Part shown: positions 9,791 through 19,184 of the stretch, one piece after another
Layout: every line of letters starts with the position of its first letter
How positions within the stretch are numbered: position 1 is the stretch's first letter
From: Candidatus Babeliales bacterium
GTDB lineage: Bacteria > Babelota > Babeliae > Babelales > JANWKD01
Reading direction: 5' to 3'
Assembly: GCA_963722075.1 (NCBI GenBank)
Contig: CAVRJM010000001.1
Coordinates: 1-64,000, forward strand
Length of the DNA: 64,000 bases
Position numbers and translations under genes: made by a program
The notes under the pieces: model-generated
Seen by the model: the letters and a program-made list of their open reading frames with translations, nothing else
Databases searched by the model: none
Told to the model about the DNA's origin: nothing

Positions 9791-10036
9791 TGTCATTCTG
9801 AGATCTTGTTTTGCAAGATCGTAAGAATCCAGTTATAAAATATAACGACTTCTTATTTATTTACTGGATCTAGCCTTCGCTCGAAGAGTTACGGCGGACG
9901 CGGTCCCTATCCGGCTTCGTTAATCCAGCCGTCGCTAAAAGCTATGGCGGAGTAAACAACTACGCCGGACAGGCGCGCTAACATCGACGGAATCCGGCGA
10001 AGCCCACTGGCGAAGTCGGACGCGCTCTGGATGACA
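9791..10036. repeat. Composite nested REP-like element
   Basis: tgtcattctgag...aagaatccag, then ctggatc...ctctggatgaca interrupted by several GC-rich hairpin units. It shares a long segment with 35357-35455. Confidence 0.85.
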
Positions 10037-10043
10037 GTTGAAT

Positions 10044-10745
10044 TCATTTTTTATTAAACAGTGATTTTAAAAAAGGTAATAACATAATTAATGAGAAGAA
10101 TGCTAAAATAATAAGCACTGGTGGGGATAAAATATCGCGCATGGTATTAACCTCTGCCAATTTTTGTCCCGCATAAGCACATAAAAAAGTAATGGGTAAA
10201 ATGCCTAGTATGGTGGTATAAATAAATGTTTTAAGTGAAACATCAGAGAGTGCAGCAACCACCACAATAAATGCGTATGGGGTAAGCGGAAAAAGATGTA
10301 ATGCCAGTAAATAGCGCGCTCCATGATAATTAAACTTTTTTTTGAATGATTGAATATATGCTTCATACCGTTTCATCAATAGATTTTTAAAAAATGAGCG
10401 GATGGTTAAAAAAAGTAGTACGCCTCCCGTAAGCGCACCAATTAAGCTTAATAAGGTTGCCGTAAGCGTACCAAAAAAATAACCGGCAAGAACGGTAATA
10501 AGAAGAGTAAGGGAAATCATAAAAAATACAAAGAGTGCATACAGCGCTATATAGAGCATACCGGAAGTAATATAGTGGTTGGAGATATAATGAGCAAGAG
10601 CTTCTTCATGACTTTTAATATAAGAAACGCTGATGTATTTTTTAATGCCTACCATATAAAGGGCTACGGTTACCGCTATAAATAATAGAAGTAAAATAAG
10701 CCGCTTTTGCCATAATCGATTCACTACGTAATCCTCTTTTACCAA
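10044..10745 (-). CDS. TVP38/TMEM64 (VTT domain, DedA-related) membrane protein
   Basis: LAGYFFG...SLIGALTGG, LHLFPLTPY and FIYTTILGILP...YAG pattern. Confidence 0.85.
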   Translation of the reverse strand: MVKEDYVVNRLWQKRLILLLLFIAVTVALYMVGIKKYISVSYIKSHEEALAHYISNHYITSGMLYIALYALFVFFMISLTLLITVLAGYFFGTLTATLLSLIGALTGGVLLFLTIRSFFKNLLMKRYEAYIQSFKKKFNYHGARYLLALHLFPLTPYAFIVVVAALSDVSLKTFIYTTILGILPITFLCAYAGQKLAEVNTMRDILSPPVLIILAFFSLIMLLPFLKSLFNKK

Positions 10746-10889
10746 ACATACTATATGTATCGTTTTATCAGTTGCAATATTTCAAGCAAAAAAAAATAAT
10801 TTTTTACGAAACTATTTTTTTTCTAAAAATCTTTTTATTATCTTTCTGTGTTGTATCGAATAAATTAATTTTTAAAAAAGGATTAATTA

Positions 10890-12872
10890 ATGAAGCGTTG
10901 TATAAAAATGGCAACCCTTTTAGGATTGCTGGTATATTCGTTAGTGCATGTATCATCCATGCATGCGGATGGCTATGGATGTTCAGCAACAACAATTGAT
11001 ATCAAAAAAGTAATTTCCTCAGTTCTGGTATTATTCCAAAAATATGAGCATCAGGTGGTTGTAGAAGAATTAGAACAGTGCTTGCTGATGCTTGAAAATC
11101 CTCACGATGTTGTTAAAGACGAACTGCTTATCAATAAATTAACGGCGGTGAAAAATAAAATTGAGCAATTGTGTAAAGCACCACGTCCTGATGCGGCGAA
11201 TGTGCCAGCAATTGTAGGGCCATTAGTTGAATGTGATGTTGAATTAGCATTGGGGCTTCTTAATCAAATAATTGGCATTTTAGTTCAATGCTGCAATACG
11301 TTCCAACAAGATTTTATTTTTACTTTTAGCTTTATTAGTGAACTTATTACTACAATAACAGAATGTTGTGATGCAATAGAGAATTCTTTTAATGGAACGT
11401 TTACCGTACTTACTGAAATAAATAATACCTTAACAACTTGTTGCGCGGCAATTGAAAATGAATTTGACAATACGTTCACGTTATTATCTGCTGAGTTTAA
11501 TGGTACTTCCACTGCACTTGCTGATTTAGAATCGACGTTAACCATATGTTGCGATAATATTCAAAGTAATTTTAATGCTACCTTCACTATTATTGCCTCG
11601 CTGAGTACAACGGTTACTTGTCCACCGCCACCTCCTTGTTCACCTACGCCAATCACTGCACCAACCACCATTACCGCTTCAGGTTTTTATTGCTTAGCTA
11701 CTGATATTGCCGGTTCAATTGTGATTACTGCTGATAACGTTACCCTTGATTTAAATGATCATACTATGACCGGTGCTGGCTCGGGTACTGGTATCACCGT
11801 TGGTAGTGGCGTAAATCGCATAGTACGAAATGGTTCCATTATAAATTTTGGTACGGCGATCAATTGCACCGATAATACCGATACCATTATTGAAAATATT
11901 ACCATTATCGATAGTACTACAGAAGGAGTTACGGTAGTTACTAGTACTCTTATTACAATCGATTCGGTTAATGCAAGTGGCGTTTCAGGTATTGGGTTTC
12001 ATTTTACGGGCCCTATCCAAGGAACGATTATCAAAAATTCTACCGTCACCTTAAGTCAGCAAGGGTTTATTTTTAGTAATAATGTTGAATCAGTAATTAT
12101 GGAAAATTGTCACGTCTTGGATTGCAGTTCAGCCATTAACACGCTAAATTTCATAGGCGGTATACTTTTTAGCAACAATTGCTTTGGTATTCAATTAGAT
12201 AATTGTTCAGTTAAAGGATATGTAGGTTTAAATATAATAGTAGCTTTTGCATTTACTGATTCCGAGTTTATTACGGTAAGAAATTGTACGGCTCAAGATA
12301 TTTCAGCCACGGGACCGTCTTCGGAGGTAGGTGGGTTTTCAGTTTTAAGAACAACTGGCGGGCATGATGGTGTAACCCTTATCAATTGCATAGCAAGCAA
12401 CATTACCGGGCCTTTTGTGGTTGCTGGTTTTGAAGCGGATGAGACGGTAATAGTCTATGATGGTTGTACTGCGCAATTTGTTACCGGAGTAATTGAGGGA
12501 GATGGATTCCGTGCAATTGGTGATGCAATCCAATTAACTAATTGCTTTGCGTATGATTGTTCTAATATTGGATTTAATTATTCTGATGTTGATACACGGG
12601 CATCATTTGAATATTGTCAGGCTGCATATAATGATATTGGTTTTTTTATAACATCAACTCAAACTGTAGTTGGAAATTGTGTTGCATTTAGCAATACCGG
12701 CACAGGATTTGACCTTACTGTTTCGGGTAATAGTGATATTTATTTCTGCTTTGCATCTCAAAATGGTTTTGATTATGCGAATGCAGTGAATGTGCAAAAT
12801 GCAAATACACAAATTGATAATGCCGTTGTGGGGTTAACTGGACCGTTTGCTGGTGCGAATCTATTTATGTAA
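10890..12872 (+). CDS. Exported CC-stalk / right-handed beta-helix protein 1
   Basis: Signal peptide, KAPRP...VGPLVEC, four CC pairs, ITASGFYCLATDI...ADNVTLDLNDHT beta-helix cap, C-terminus GLTGPFAGANLFM. Confidence 0.85.
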   Translation: MKRCIKMATLLGLLVYSLVHVSSMHADGYGCSATTIDIKKVISSVLVLFQKYEHQVVVEELEQCLLMLENPHDVVKDELLINKLTAVKNKIEQLCKAPRPDAANVPAIVGPLVECDVELALGLLNQIIGILVQCCNTFQQDFIFTFSFISELITTITECCDAIENSFNGTFTVLTEINNTLTTCCAAIENEFDNTFTLLSAEFNGTSTALADLESTLTICCDNIQSNFNATFTIIASLSTTVTCPPPPPCSPTPITAPTTITASGFYCLATDIAGSIVITADNVTLDLNDHTMTGAGSGTGITVGSGVNRIVRNGSIINFGTAINCTDNTDTIIENITIIDSTTEGVTVVTSTLITIDSVNASGVSGIGFHFTGPIQGTIIKNSTVTLSQQGFIFSNNVESVIMENCHVLDCSSAINTLNFIGGILFSNNCFGIQLDNCSVKGYVGLNIIVAFAFTDSEFITVRNCTAQDISATGPSSEVGGFSVLRTTGGHDGVTLINCIASNITGPFVVAGFEADETVIVYDGCTAQFVTGVIEGDGFRAIGDAIQLTNCFAYDCSNIGFNYSDVDTRASFEYCQAAYNDIGFFITSTQTVVGNCVAFSNTGTGFDLTVSGNSDIYFCFASQNGFDYANAVNVQNANTQIDNAVVGLTGPFAGANLFM

Positions 12873-12887
12873 ATAAAGGAAAAAAGT

Positions 12888-14897
12888 ATGAAGCATTTAT
12901 TAATAAAAATAATGTATATGGTACCACTTATTTGTTTATTGGTACCGCGTATACACGCTAATAATGAACATATGCAAGTTGATCCAATTACGCATGCAAT
13001 AACTATATCACATCTCTTTTTTGATCAAGAAATAGCACATATACTTGATCGCTTGGCTCATGAAGACCCAGGCCAACCCGATATAGCATATTGTAATGAA
13101 GCAATTAAACAGAAAAACGAGTGCATTGATGGACAACGAACGGTTAAAGCACTTATGGCAGTGACAGCGTATTTAGAACAAAATATAAAAGCGCCGCGCC
13201 CTACACCGGAAATTGATGGGAGCATCGTAGGGCCCTTACTTGAATGTGATGTTTTTAGAATCCTTGCATTATTACAGATCTTGGAAAATGCAATTATAAC
13301 ATGCTGTAATCAACTGCAGATTGATTTTAATGGTACATTCACTGAATTAATGGCAATAAGAGATAGTTTTACTACCTGTTGTGCAGCAATTGAACAAGAT
13401 CTTGCAGGTACCTTTACCACGCTTACTGATATTTTTAATACGCTTACGACTTGCTGTGCAACCTCCATAGCATCGGCAACCACGCTTGAAGCAATAATTA
13501 TAAATGATTTTAATGGCACCTTTAGTACCATTGCAGATATAAAAAATACCCTTACGATCTGTTGTAATGCGATTGAAATCAATTTCCAAGGGACGTTTAC
13601 TGCTTTAGCAGCAGCGCAAGTGACGTGTACGTCGGGGGCCTGCAATCCTATTGCCATTAGTGCCAGTACTACTATTACTACATCGGGATTCTACTGCCTT
13701 ACTCAAGATATTATTGGTGCTATTACGATTGCCTCCGATGACGTGCTGCTCGATTTGAATGATCACACCGTAATTGGTGCTGGTGCTGGATCTGGTGCGG
13801 GCATCGCTATTAATTCCGGACTTAATAATATTGCTGTTAAAAACGGAAGAATCGTTGATTGGGATTTCGGTATCACGGGAACAGATCTTACTGCGGCATT
13901 ATTTGAGAATATAGAAACTAATTCCTGTGCCGTTAGCGGCATCAGTATATTGAATGGTTCACAGCTACATTTTAATTTAATAACGGCTAGTGAGATTGGC
14001 ACAATAGGATTACATTTTTCAGGAATATTTGCTGATTGCCAGTTGCAAAATGTAACGGTTAGTCATGCTCAGCAGGGAATAGTGTTTGGGACGCTCAACG
14101 ATGGTTTATTCCAAAATTGTAATGTTTTTGATTGTAGCGTAACAGGAGGGGCAACTATTTCCAACGTAGAAGGAATAGGCATAGCAGCGGGGGGAAGCAA
14201 TATACAATTTGATAATTGTAGCGTTAAAAATTATACAACTAATACCGCTATACAGACAACAGGTATTGGTGTGTTTAATTGTACTAATGTGATTCACAGA
14301 AATTGTGTTGTACAAGCTATTTTTAATGAAGCATCCGTAGGAATAGGTAATGGATTTCTCTGTGATGGGTCTTGTAAAAATGTTCAATATATTAATTGTA
14401 TTGCTACATTAATGACCTCAAATCTGAGTTGTAATGGTTTTAATATAAATGCTCAAGAAGCAACGCTGAGAAATTGTTGTGCAGACCTTATATTACTACT
14501 AGCGTCTTCGGTGTCCGTTGCGGACGGTTTTTTTTGTGGCGGTGGAGATTATGCTTTGATTAATTGTGAAGCATACAGATGTTTCAATACAGGCTTTGAT
14601 TTAACGGGAGGTGGCAATATATTGGCTCAAAATTGTCAAGCCGCTTACAATGATGTTGGTTTTGATATGGGAGCACCTGGGGCAAACAATACGATAGTCA
14701 ATTATAGTGTTGCTTTTAGAAATGACTCAATAGGATTTCAATATGAAGCTCCTACAAGAACATTCCGTTGCTTTGCGACACAAAACGGTATCAATTATAA
14801 TGGGTTTCCACTTAACGTACAGAATGCTAATACCCAAGTTGATACGACAGCGCCTGGATTAACCGGGCCATTTGCTGGCCCAAATCTATTTATTTGA
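12888..14897 (+). CDS. Exported CC-stalk / right-handed beta-helix protein 2
   Basis: Same architecture; C-terminus GLTGPFAGPNLFI; RBS aagga. Confidence 0.85.
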   Translation: MKHLLIKIMYMVPLICLLVPRIHANNEHMQVDPITHAITISHLFFDQEIAHILDRLAHEDPGQPDIAYCNEAIKQKNECIDGQRTVKALMAVTAYLEQNIKAPRPTPEIDGSIVGPLLECDVFRILALLQILENAIITCCNQLQIDFNGTFTELMAIRDSFTTCCAAIEQDLAGTFTTLTDIFNTLTTCCATSIASATTLEAIIINDFNGTFSTIADIKNTLTICCNAIEINFQGTFTALAAAQVTCTSGACNPIAISASTTITTSGFYCLTQDIIGAITIASDDVLLDLNDHTVIGAGAGSGAGIAINSGLNNIAVKNGRIVDWDFGITGTDLTAALFENIETNSCAVSGISILNGSQLHFNLITASEIGTIGLHFSGIFADCQLQNVTVSHAQQGIVFGTLNDGLFQNCNVFDCSVTGGATISNVEGIGIAAGGSNIQFDNCSVKNYTTNTAIQTTGIGVFNCTNVIHRNCVVQAIFNEASVGIGNGFLCDGSCKNVQYINCIATLMTSNLSCNGFNINAQEATLRNCCADLILLLASSVSVADGFFCGGGDYALINCEAYRCFNTGFDLTGGGNILAQNCQAAYNDVGFDMGAPGANNTIVNYSVAFRNDSIGFQYEAPTRTFRCFATQNGINYNGFPLNVQNANTQVDTTAPGLTGPFAGPNLFI

Positions 14898-14916
14898 TAA
14901 TAAAAAAGGGAACAAT

Positions 14917-16866
14917 ATGAAGTATTCAAATTTTATCAGTATGTATATCGTACTAGCACTTTCTATATCATTCATAAGTGCTACTGATAATTTAATACCA
15001 ACCAATGATGATTATATTGCGATATCATTTACTCAAGAAGAAAATGATGTCGATTTAATTAATTTCATGCAAAAATGGTGTACGCTCGATACACAAGTAC
15101 CTACCGGTATGATTGATTGTTGCAAAGCGCTTAGCAACAATGAGCCCATAAAAAAAACTGATGTGCTTTGCACCTTAGCATATATGACGGGTACTTTAAA
15201 AAAACTATTACATGATCCTCAAGAGCCGTTGAATCGGTTATTTGTTGAGTCGATTGAAGCATGTGATTTTACTGATATTATTGGGCTGATTAATCAGCTT
15301 ATTATCTTATTTAATACTTGCTGTGCCCAATTTGAATTTAACGGTACCTTTACCGTACTTACTGATATCTTGAATAGCATAACAACGTGTTGTGCTATAA
15401 TAGAAAACGATTTTACGGGCGTTTTTACGGCGTTAGCTGATTTGAATGGGACGTTAACCAGCTGTTGTGCTGAGATTGCCGTTGATTTCCAAGGAACTTT
15501 AACGGTAGTTCAAACGGGATTTGCGGGTACTTTTACCAGTCTTACCGAGCTTAATGAGACATTAACTACCTGCTGTGCTGAAATTGCTGCTGATTTCCAA
15601 ACTATATTTACTACCATTGCACATCTCACCGCAAATTGTATGGGCAGTTGTTTACCCACACCGATTACTGCTCCGTTTGTTATAACAGCATCGGGATATT
15701 ATTGCTTACAAGCAGATGGGAACGGTCCAATAACTATTAATGCGAGTGATGTAACGCTTGATCTTAATAATCATGCATTAAATGGTGGCGGTTCAAGTAA
15801 TGGTGTAATTATTAATCCCGGCGCTAATAGAGTTGTTAAAAATGGCGCGCTTGTTGATTGTGTTATTGGTGTGTTGGGAAGTACTGTTAATAATACCATA
15901 CTAACTAATCTCTTTATATCAGATTGTACTACTAATGGGATCTTATTTAGCGGTTCAGCAGAAAATATAATCGATTCAGTATTTATTACCGGTATCACGG
16001 GTATTGGCGTACAATTTACGGGTACTAATGATAGCAATTTGATTAAAGCAGTTAATGTATCTCAGTCGCAGCAAGGATTTGTACTTACCGATTTTTCTAA
16101 TGGATTACTTGTTGATTGTCAGGTGTTTAATTGTGTTTCAAATATACCGCCGGCGACCCCTTTTTATGGATATTTGATTACTGCTGGTAACTTTAATGAA
16201 ATAATTAATTGTAGCATTAAAAATTTCATATCCAATCAGTCACGGGGTATTTCGCTTGTTGGTTGTTCAAATGCACTCGTAACGCAATGCACGTTGCAGC
16301 TTATTACTACTAACACGGCAAGTGGATTAGATCTTATTGGATTTGAATATGATAGCGCTTCTACCAATATCGAATGCAACGAATGTTTAGCAACCGATTT
16401 ATTATCTTCAGCATCATGTACCGCGTTTGCCCTTGAAGGAACTACTATAACCCTTAATGGCTGTATTGTTTTAACTTGTTCATCAAGCTCAGGAGAGGGC
16501 AATGGATTTCTTATTACGGGTACCGATGTATCATTAAATGTATGTGAAGCATATTCAAGTAACGCAACCGGTTTTTTAGCAGTTAGCCAAGCGCCTGCGA
16601 TGTTGCAATCATGTTACGCGACCTCTAATGGAAATGGATTTGTAATTGATAATAATGTATTGGTTGGTAATTGTATCTCTGCCATAAATAATAATATAGG
16701 ATTTAGTGCACCGGCTACTGCCATTATATACAAATGTTTTGCCACTAAAAATGGCACCAATTATAGTGGTACCGTGCCCAATGTGCAAAATGCTGATGCA
16801 CAAGTTAACATGGCAAACCCTGGATTAAGTGGACCATTTGCTGGCGGAAACTTATTTAGTTTATAA
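14917..16866 (+). CDS. Exported CC-stalk / right-handed beta-helix protein 3
   Basis: Likely start ATG 14917 (MKYSNF) after aaaggg; same architecture; C-terminus GLSGPFAGGNLFSL. Confidence 0.85.
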   Translation: MKYSNFISMYIVLALSISFISATDNLIPTNDDYIAISFTQEENDVDLINFMQKWCTLDTQVPTGMIDCCKALSNNEPIKKTDVLCTLAYMTGTLKKLLHDPQEPLNRLFVESIEACDFTDIIGLINQLIILFNTCCAQFEFNGTFTVLTDILNSITTCCAIIENDFTGVFTALADLNGTLTSCCAEIAVDFQGTLTVVQTGFAGTFTSLTELNETLTTCCAEIAADFQTIFTTIAHLTANCMGSCLPTPITAPFVITASGYYCLQADGNGPITINASDVTLDLNNHALNGGGSSNGVIINPGANRVVKNGALVDCVIGVLGSTVNNTILTNLFISDCTTNGILFSGSAENIIDSVFITGITGIGVQFTGTNDSNLIKAVNVSQSQQGFVLTDFSNGLLVDCQVFNCVSNIPPATPFYGYLITAGNFNEIINCSIKNFISNQSRGISLVGCSNALVTQCTLQLITTNTASGLDLIGFEYDSASTNIECNECLATDLLSSASCTAFALEGTTITLNGCIVLTCSSSSGEGNGFLITGTDVSLNVCEAYSSNATGFLAVSQAPAMLQSCYATSNGNGFVIDNNVLVGNCISAINNNIGFSAPATAIIYKCFATKNGTNYSGTVPNVQNADAQVNMANPGLSGPFAGGNLFSL

Positions 16867-16887
16867 ATTGTAATAAAGGAGTTTGTA

Positions 16888-18636
16888 ATGAAAAATAGTA
16901 TAGTAAAGCTACTACTACTTATTGGTAGTATATCTATTAATACACTAATAGGTGCTCCTCGATTTGAAATGCGAGCGCCACGTCCTGATGCCCCAATTAT
17001 TGATATTGCCCCGGTAGGGCCTTTAGTCAGTTGTAATGATGAAGAACTAAAAGAATTAATTCAACGACTTGATGCACTAATTGTTTCTTGTTGCGCTCAG
17101 AATGAAGCAGAATTTAATCTTCTTTTTGTTGTCTTGAATGAATTATTGAGTACTTTTACGCTTTGTTGTGCTGAAATTGTATCTGATTTAAATGGAACAT
17201 TTACCTCAATAGCAGAAATTGATACTACCTTAACTGAATGTTGTGCGACAATATTTCAAGATTTTCAAGGCACCTTTAGCGTATTAAATACGGGATTTGC
17301 AAGCACCTTTACTGAAATTGCAGATATTATGGATACATTAACAGCTTGCTGTGACAATTTCCAAATAAATTTTATTGGTACGCTTACGGCACTCGCATCA
17401 ATTGGTGCTAATACTACCTGTACTACCGTATGTGGATCAATTCCTATTATAGCTCCAGTAGTTATTGATGTATCGGGTGTGTATTGTCTTTCTAATGATA
17501 TCATTGGTTCAATTATTATTAATGCCGATAATGTCACCCTTGATTTAAATAACCATACCATTAATGGCCTAGGTGTTGGTGTGGGGGTTCAAGTTAACGC
17601 TGGTTCCAATCGTATGGTAAAAAATGGGCGTATTGTTAATTTTGCAACGGGAATCTTAATTGATGGTAATAGCGATACGCAATTAAATGATATTATTATT
17701 AATGGTTATAGTTCCGCTGGTGTGCAGGCTAATAATAGCGGCACAATATATATTGATTCGCTTCTTATGAACGGGACATTGACGAGCGTTGGCTTAGTTT
17801 GTACCGGTACTAATAATGCATACCTTGTAGAGCGCGTGACGGTTGATGGTGGTACCTCTGGATTTATATTTGCAAATATAGCAGATAGTGTGATTCAAGA
17901 ATGTCAATTTACTAATGGCACTACCGTTGGCTCTGCTGTAGGGTTTGCATTTCAGAGTGGTGGTGCTAATCAATGTAATAACTGTGCAGTAAAAAACCTT
18001 TCTGGTGATGTATCAGCCAATGGGTTTTTTATAGATGATAGTTCTAGTATTATTTTAACAAATTGTATTGTGCAAAATATTATCTCAAGTGCTGGTAATG
18101 CTGATGGATTTATGTGCACTCCGCTTTCTTCTATAATTGATTTTAGGCAATGCTCAGTACTTACAGCAAATGGAGCACTTTCTGCAATGGGGTTTGGATT
18201 TGAAGGAAGGTCAATGACAGCCGTTGAATGCCTTGCTCAATTAGTTAATGGAACTGGATTAAATGGAACCGGCTTTCTGGTTACTGGTAGCGTAACAGCG
18301 TTAAATGAATGTGCTGCTTTTAACTGCTCCGGCACTGGATTTATAATTACTTCATCAGCTACGTTGCTTGAATATTGTGAAAGTGCTTATAATGATACGG
18401 GTTATTCATTTGGTAATGCAAACACGTTAATTGGTAATTCTATTGCGTTTTTTAATAGCACTATTGGATTTGATTTAACGGTGGCGGGAGTTTCCATATA
18501 TCATTGTTTTGCATCCCAAAATGATGCGGGAACTAATTATGTAGGGGCACCCAATGTGCAAAATGCCAATACTCAATATAATCATGCGGCACCAGGCTTA
18601 ACCGGACCGTTTGCAGGTGCTAATCTATTTATATAA
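16888..18636 (+). CDS. Exported CC-stalk / right-handed beta-helix protein 4
   Basis: RBS aaggag; lacks the N-terminal helical domain; RAPRP...VGPLVSC; C-terminus GLTGPFAGANLFI. Confidence 0.85.
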   Translation: MKNSIVKLLLLIGSISINTLIGAPRFEMRAPRPDAPIIDIAPVGPLVSCNDEELKELIQRLDALIVSCCAQNEAEFNLLFVVLNELLSTFTLCCAEIVSDLNGTFTSIAEIDTTLTECCATIFQDFQGTFSVLNTGFASTFTEIADIMDTLTACCDNFQINFIGTLTALASIGANTTCTTVCGSIPIIAPVVIDVSGVYCLSNDIIGSIIINADNVTLDLNNHTINGLGVGVGVQVNAGSNRMVKNGRIVNFATGILIDGNSDTQLNDIIINGYSSAGVQANNSGTIYIDSLLMNGTLTSVGLVCTGTNNAYLVERVTVDGGTSGFIFANIADSVIQECQFTNGTTVGSAVGFAFQSGGANQCNNCAVKNLSGDVSANGFFIDDSSSIILTNCIVQNIISSAGNADGFMCTPLSSIIDFRQCSVLTANGALSAMGFGFEGRSMTAVECLAQLVNGTGLNGTGFLVTGSVTALNECAAFNCSGTGFIITSSATLLEYCESAYNDTGYSFGNANTLIGNSIAFFNSTIGFDLTVAGVSIYHCFASQNDAGTNYVGAPNVQNANTQYNHAAPGLTGPFAGANLFI

Positions 18637-18653
18637 GGAACAAGGAGGGTTGT

Positions 18654-19184
18654 ATGGTTTTTTTTAAAAGAGCTACAGTTTTTTCCTTTTGGTGCATCAT
18701 TTTAACGAGTAAGGGAATGGATAGGTTTATAAAAGAAAATGATATAAGCAAAATGAAATCTTTATTAAAAAGAACACACAGCCCTCAAGAACTTAAAGAA
18801 TATGTTGATGCAAGGCATAATAATTTAATTCATGTTATTGTTGGAAACTTTATTGAACGTGCCAAGCAAAGTGATACCGAGGAAAAATTAGCTGATTTTA
18901 ATAAATTAAAAAATAGTTATACCGAATTATTGACCTATCTTACCCAAGAAATTGGTATTAATATCAATGAATGTAATGATGATTTGAAAACACCGTTATA
19001 TTTGATCCAAGAATGTATTGATAAAAATGAAGTTTTGAAACAAAATTTAGCGCCGCTAGAACGTTGTTTATTAGATTTGGGTGCCCTTTCTTTTACCTAC
19101 TCATATGCACCAGTGATTCGCAATGCTAAAAAGCTTTTTTGGGAAATTATGTGTTGTGGCTGTATGAAAAAGAAAAAAATATGA
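18654..19184 (+). CDS. Ankyrin-like exported protein with Cys/Lys-rich C-terminal tail
   Basis: NNLIHVIV, GININECNDDLKTPL and LLDLGA are ankyrin-like; ends CCGCMKKKKI. Confidence 0.7.
   Translation: MVFFKRATVFSFWCIILTSKGMDRFIKENDISKMKSLLKRTHSPQELKEYVDARHNNLIHVIVGNFIERAKQSDTEEKLADFNKLKNSYTELLTYLTQEIGININECNDDLKTPLYLIQECIDKNEVLKQNLAPLERCLLDLGALSFTYSYAPVIRNAKKLFWEIMCCGCMKKKKI

Noticed and set aside
11285..17561. Several minus-strand ORFs within the CC-stalk genes
   Set aside because: They are antisense shadows of repetitive, codon-biased genes.
10890..18636. Diversity-generating retroelement or classical autotransporter explanation for the paralogues
   Set aside because: No reverse transcriptase or TR/VR pair with adenine-specific differences was seen, and there is no C-terminal barrel or YadA anchor.
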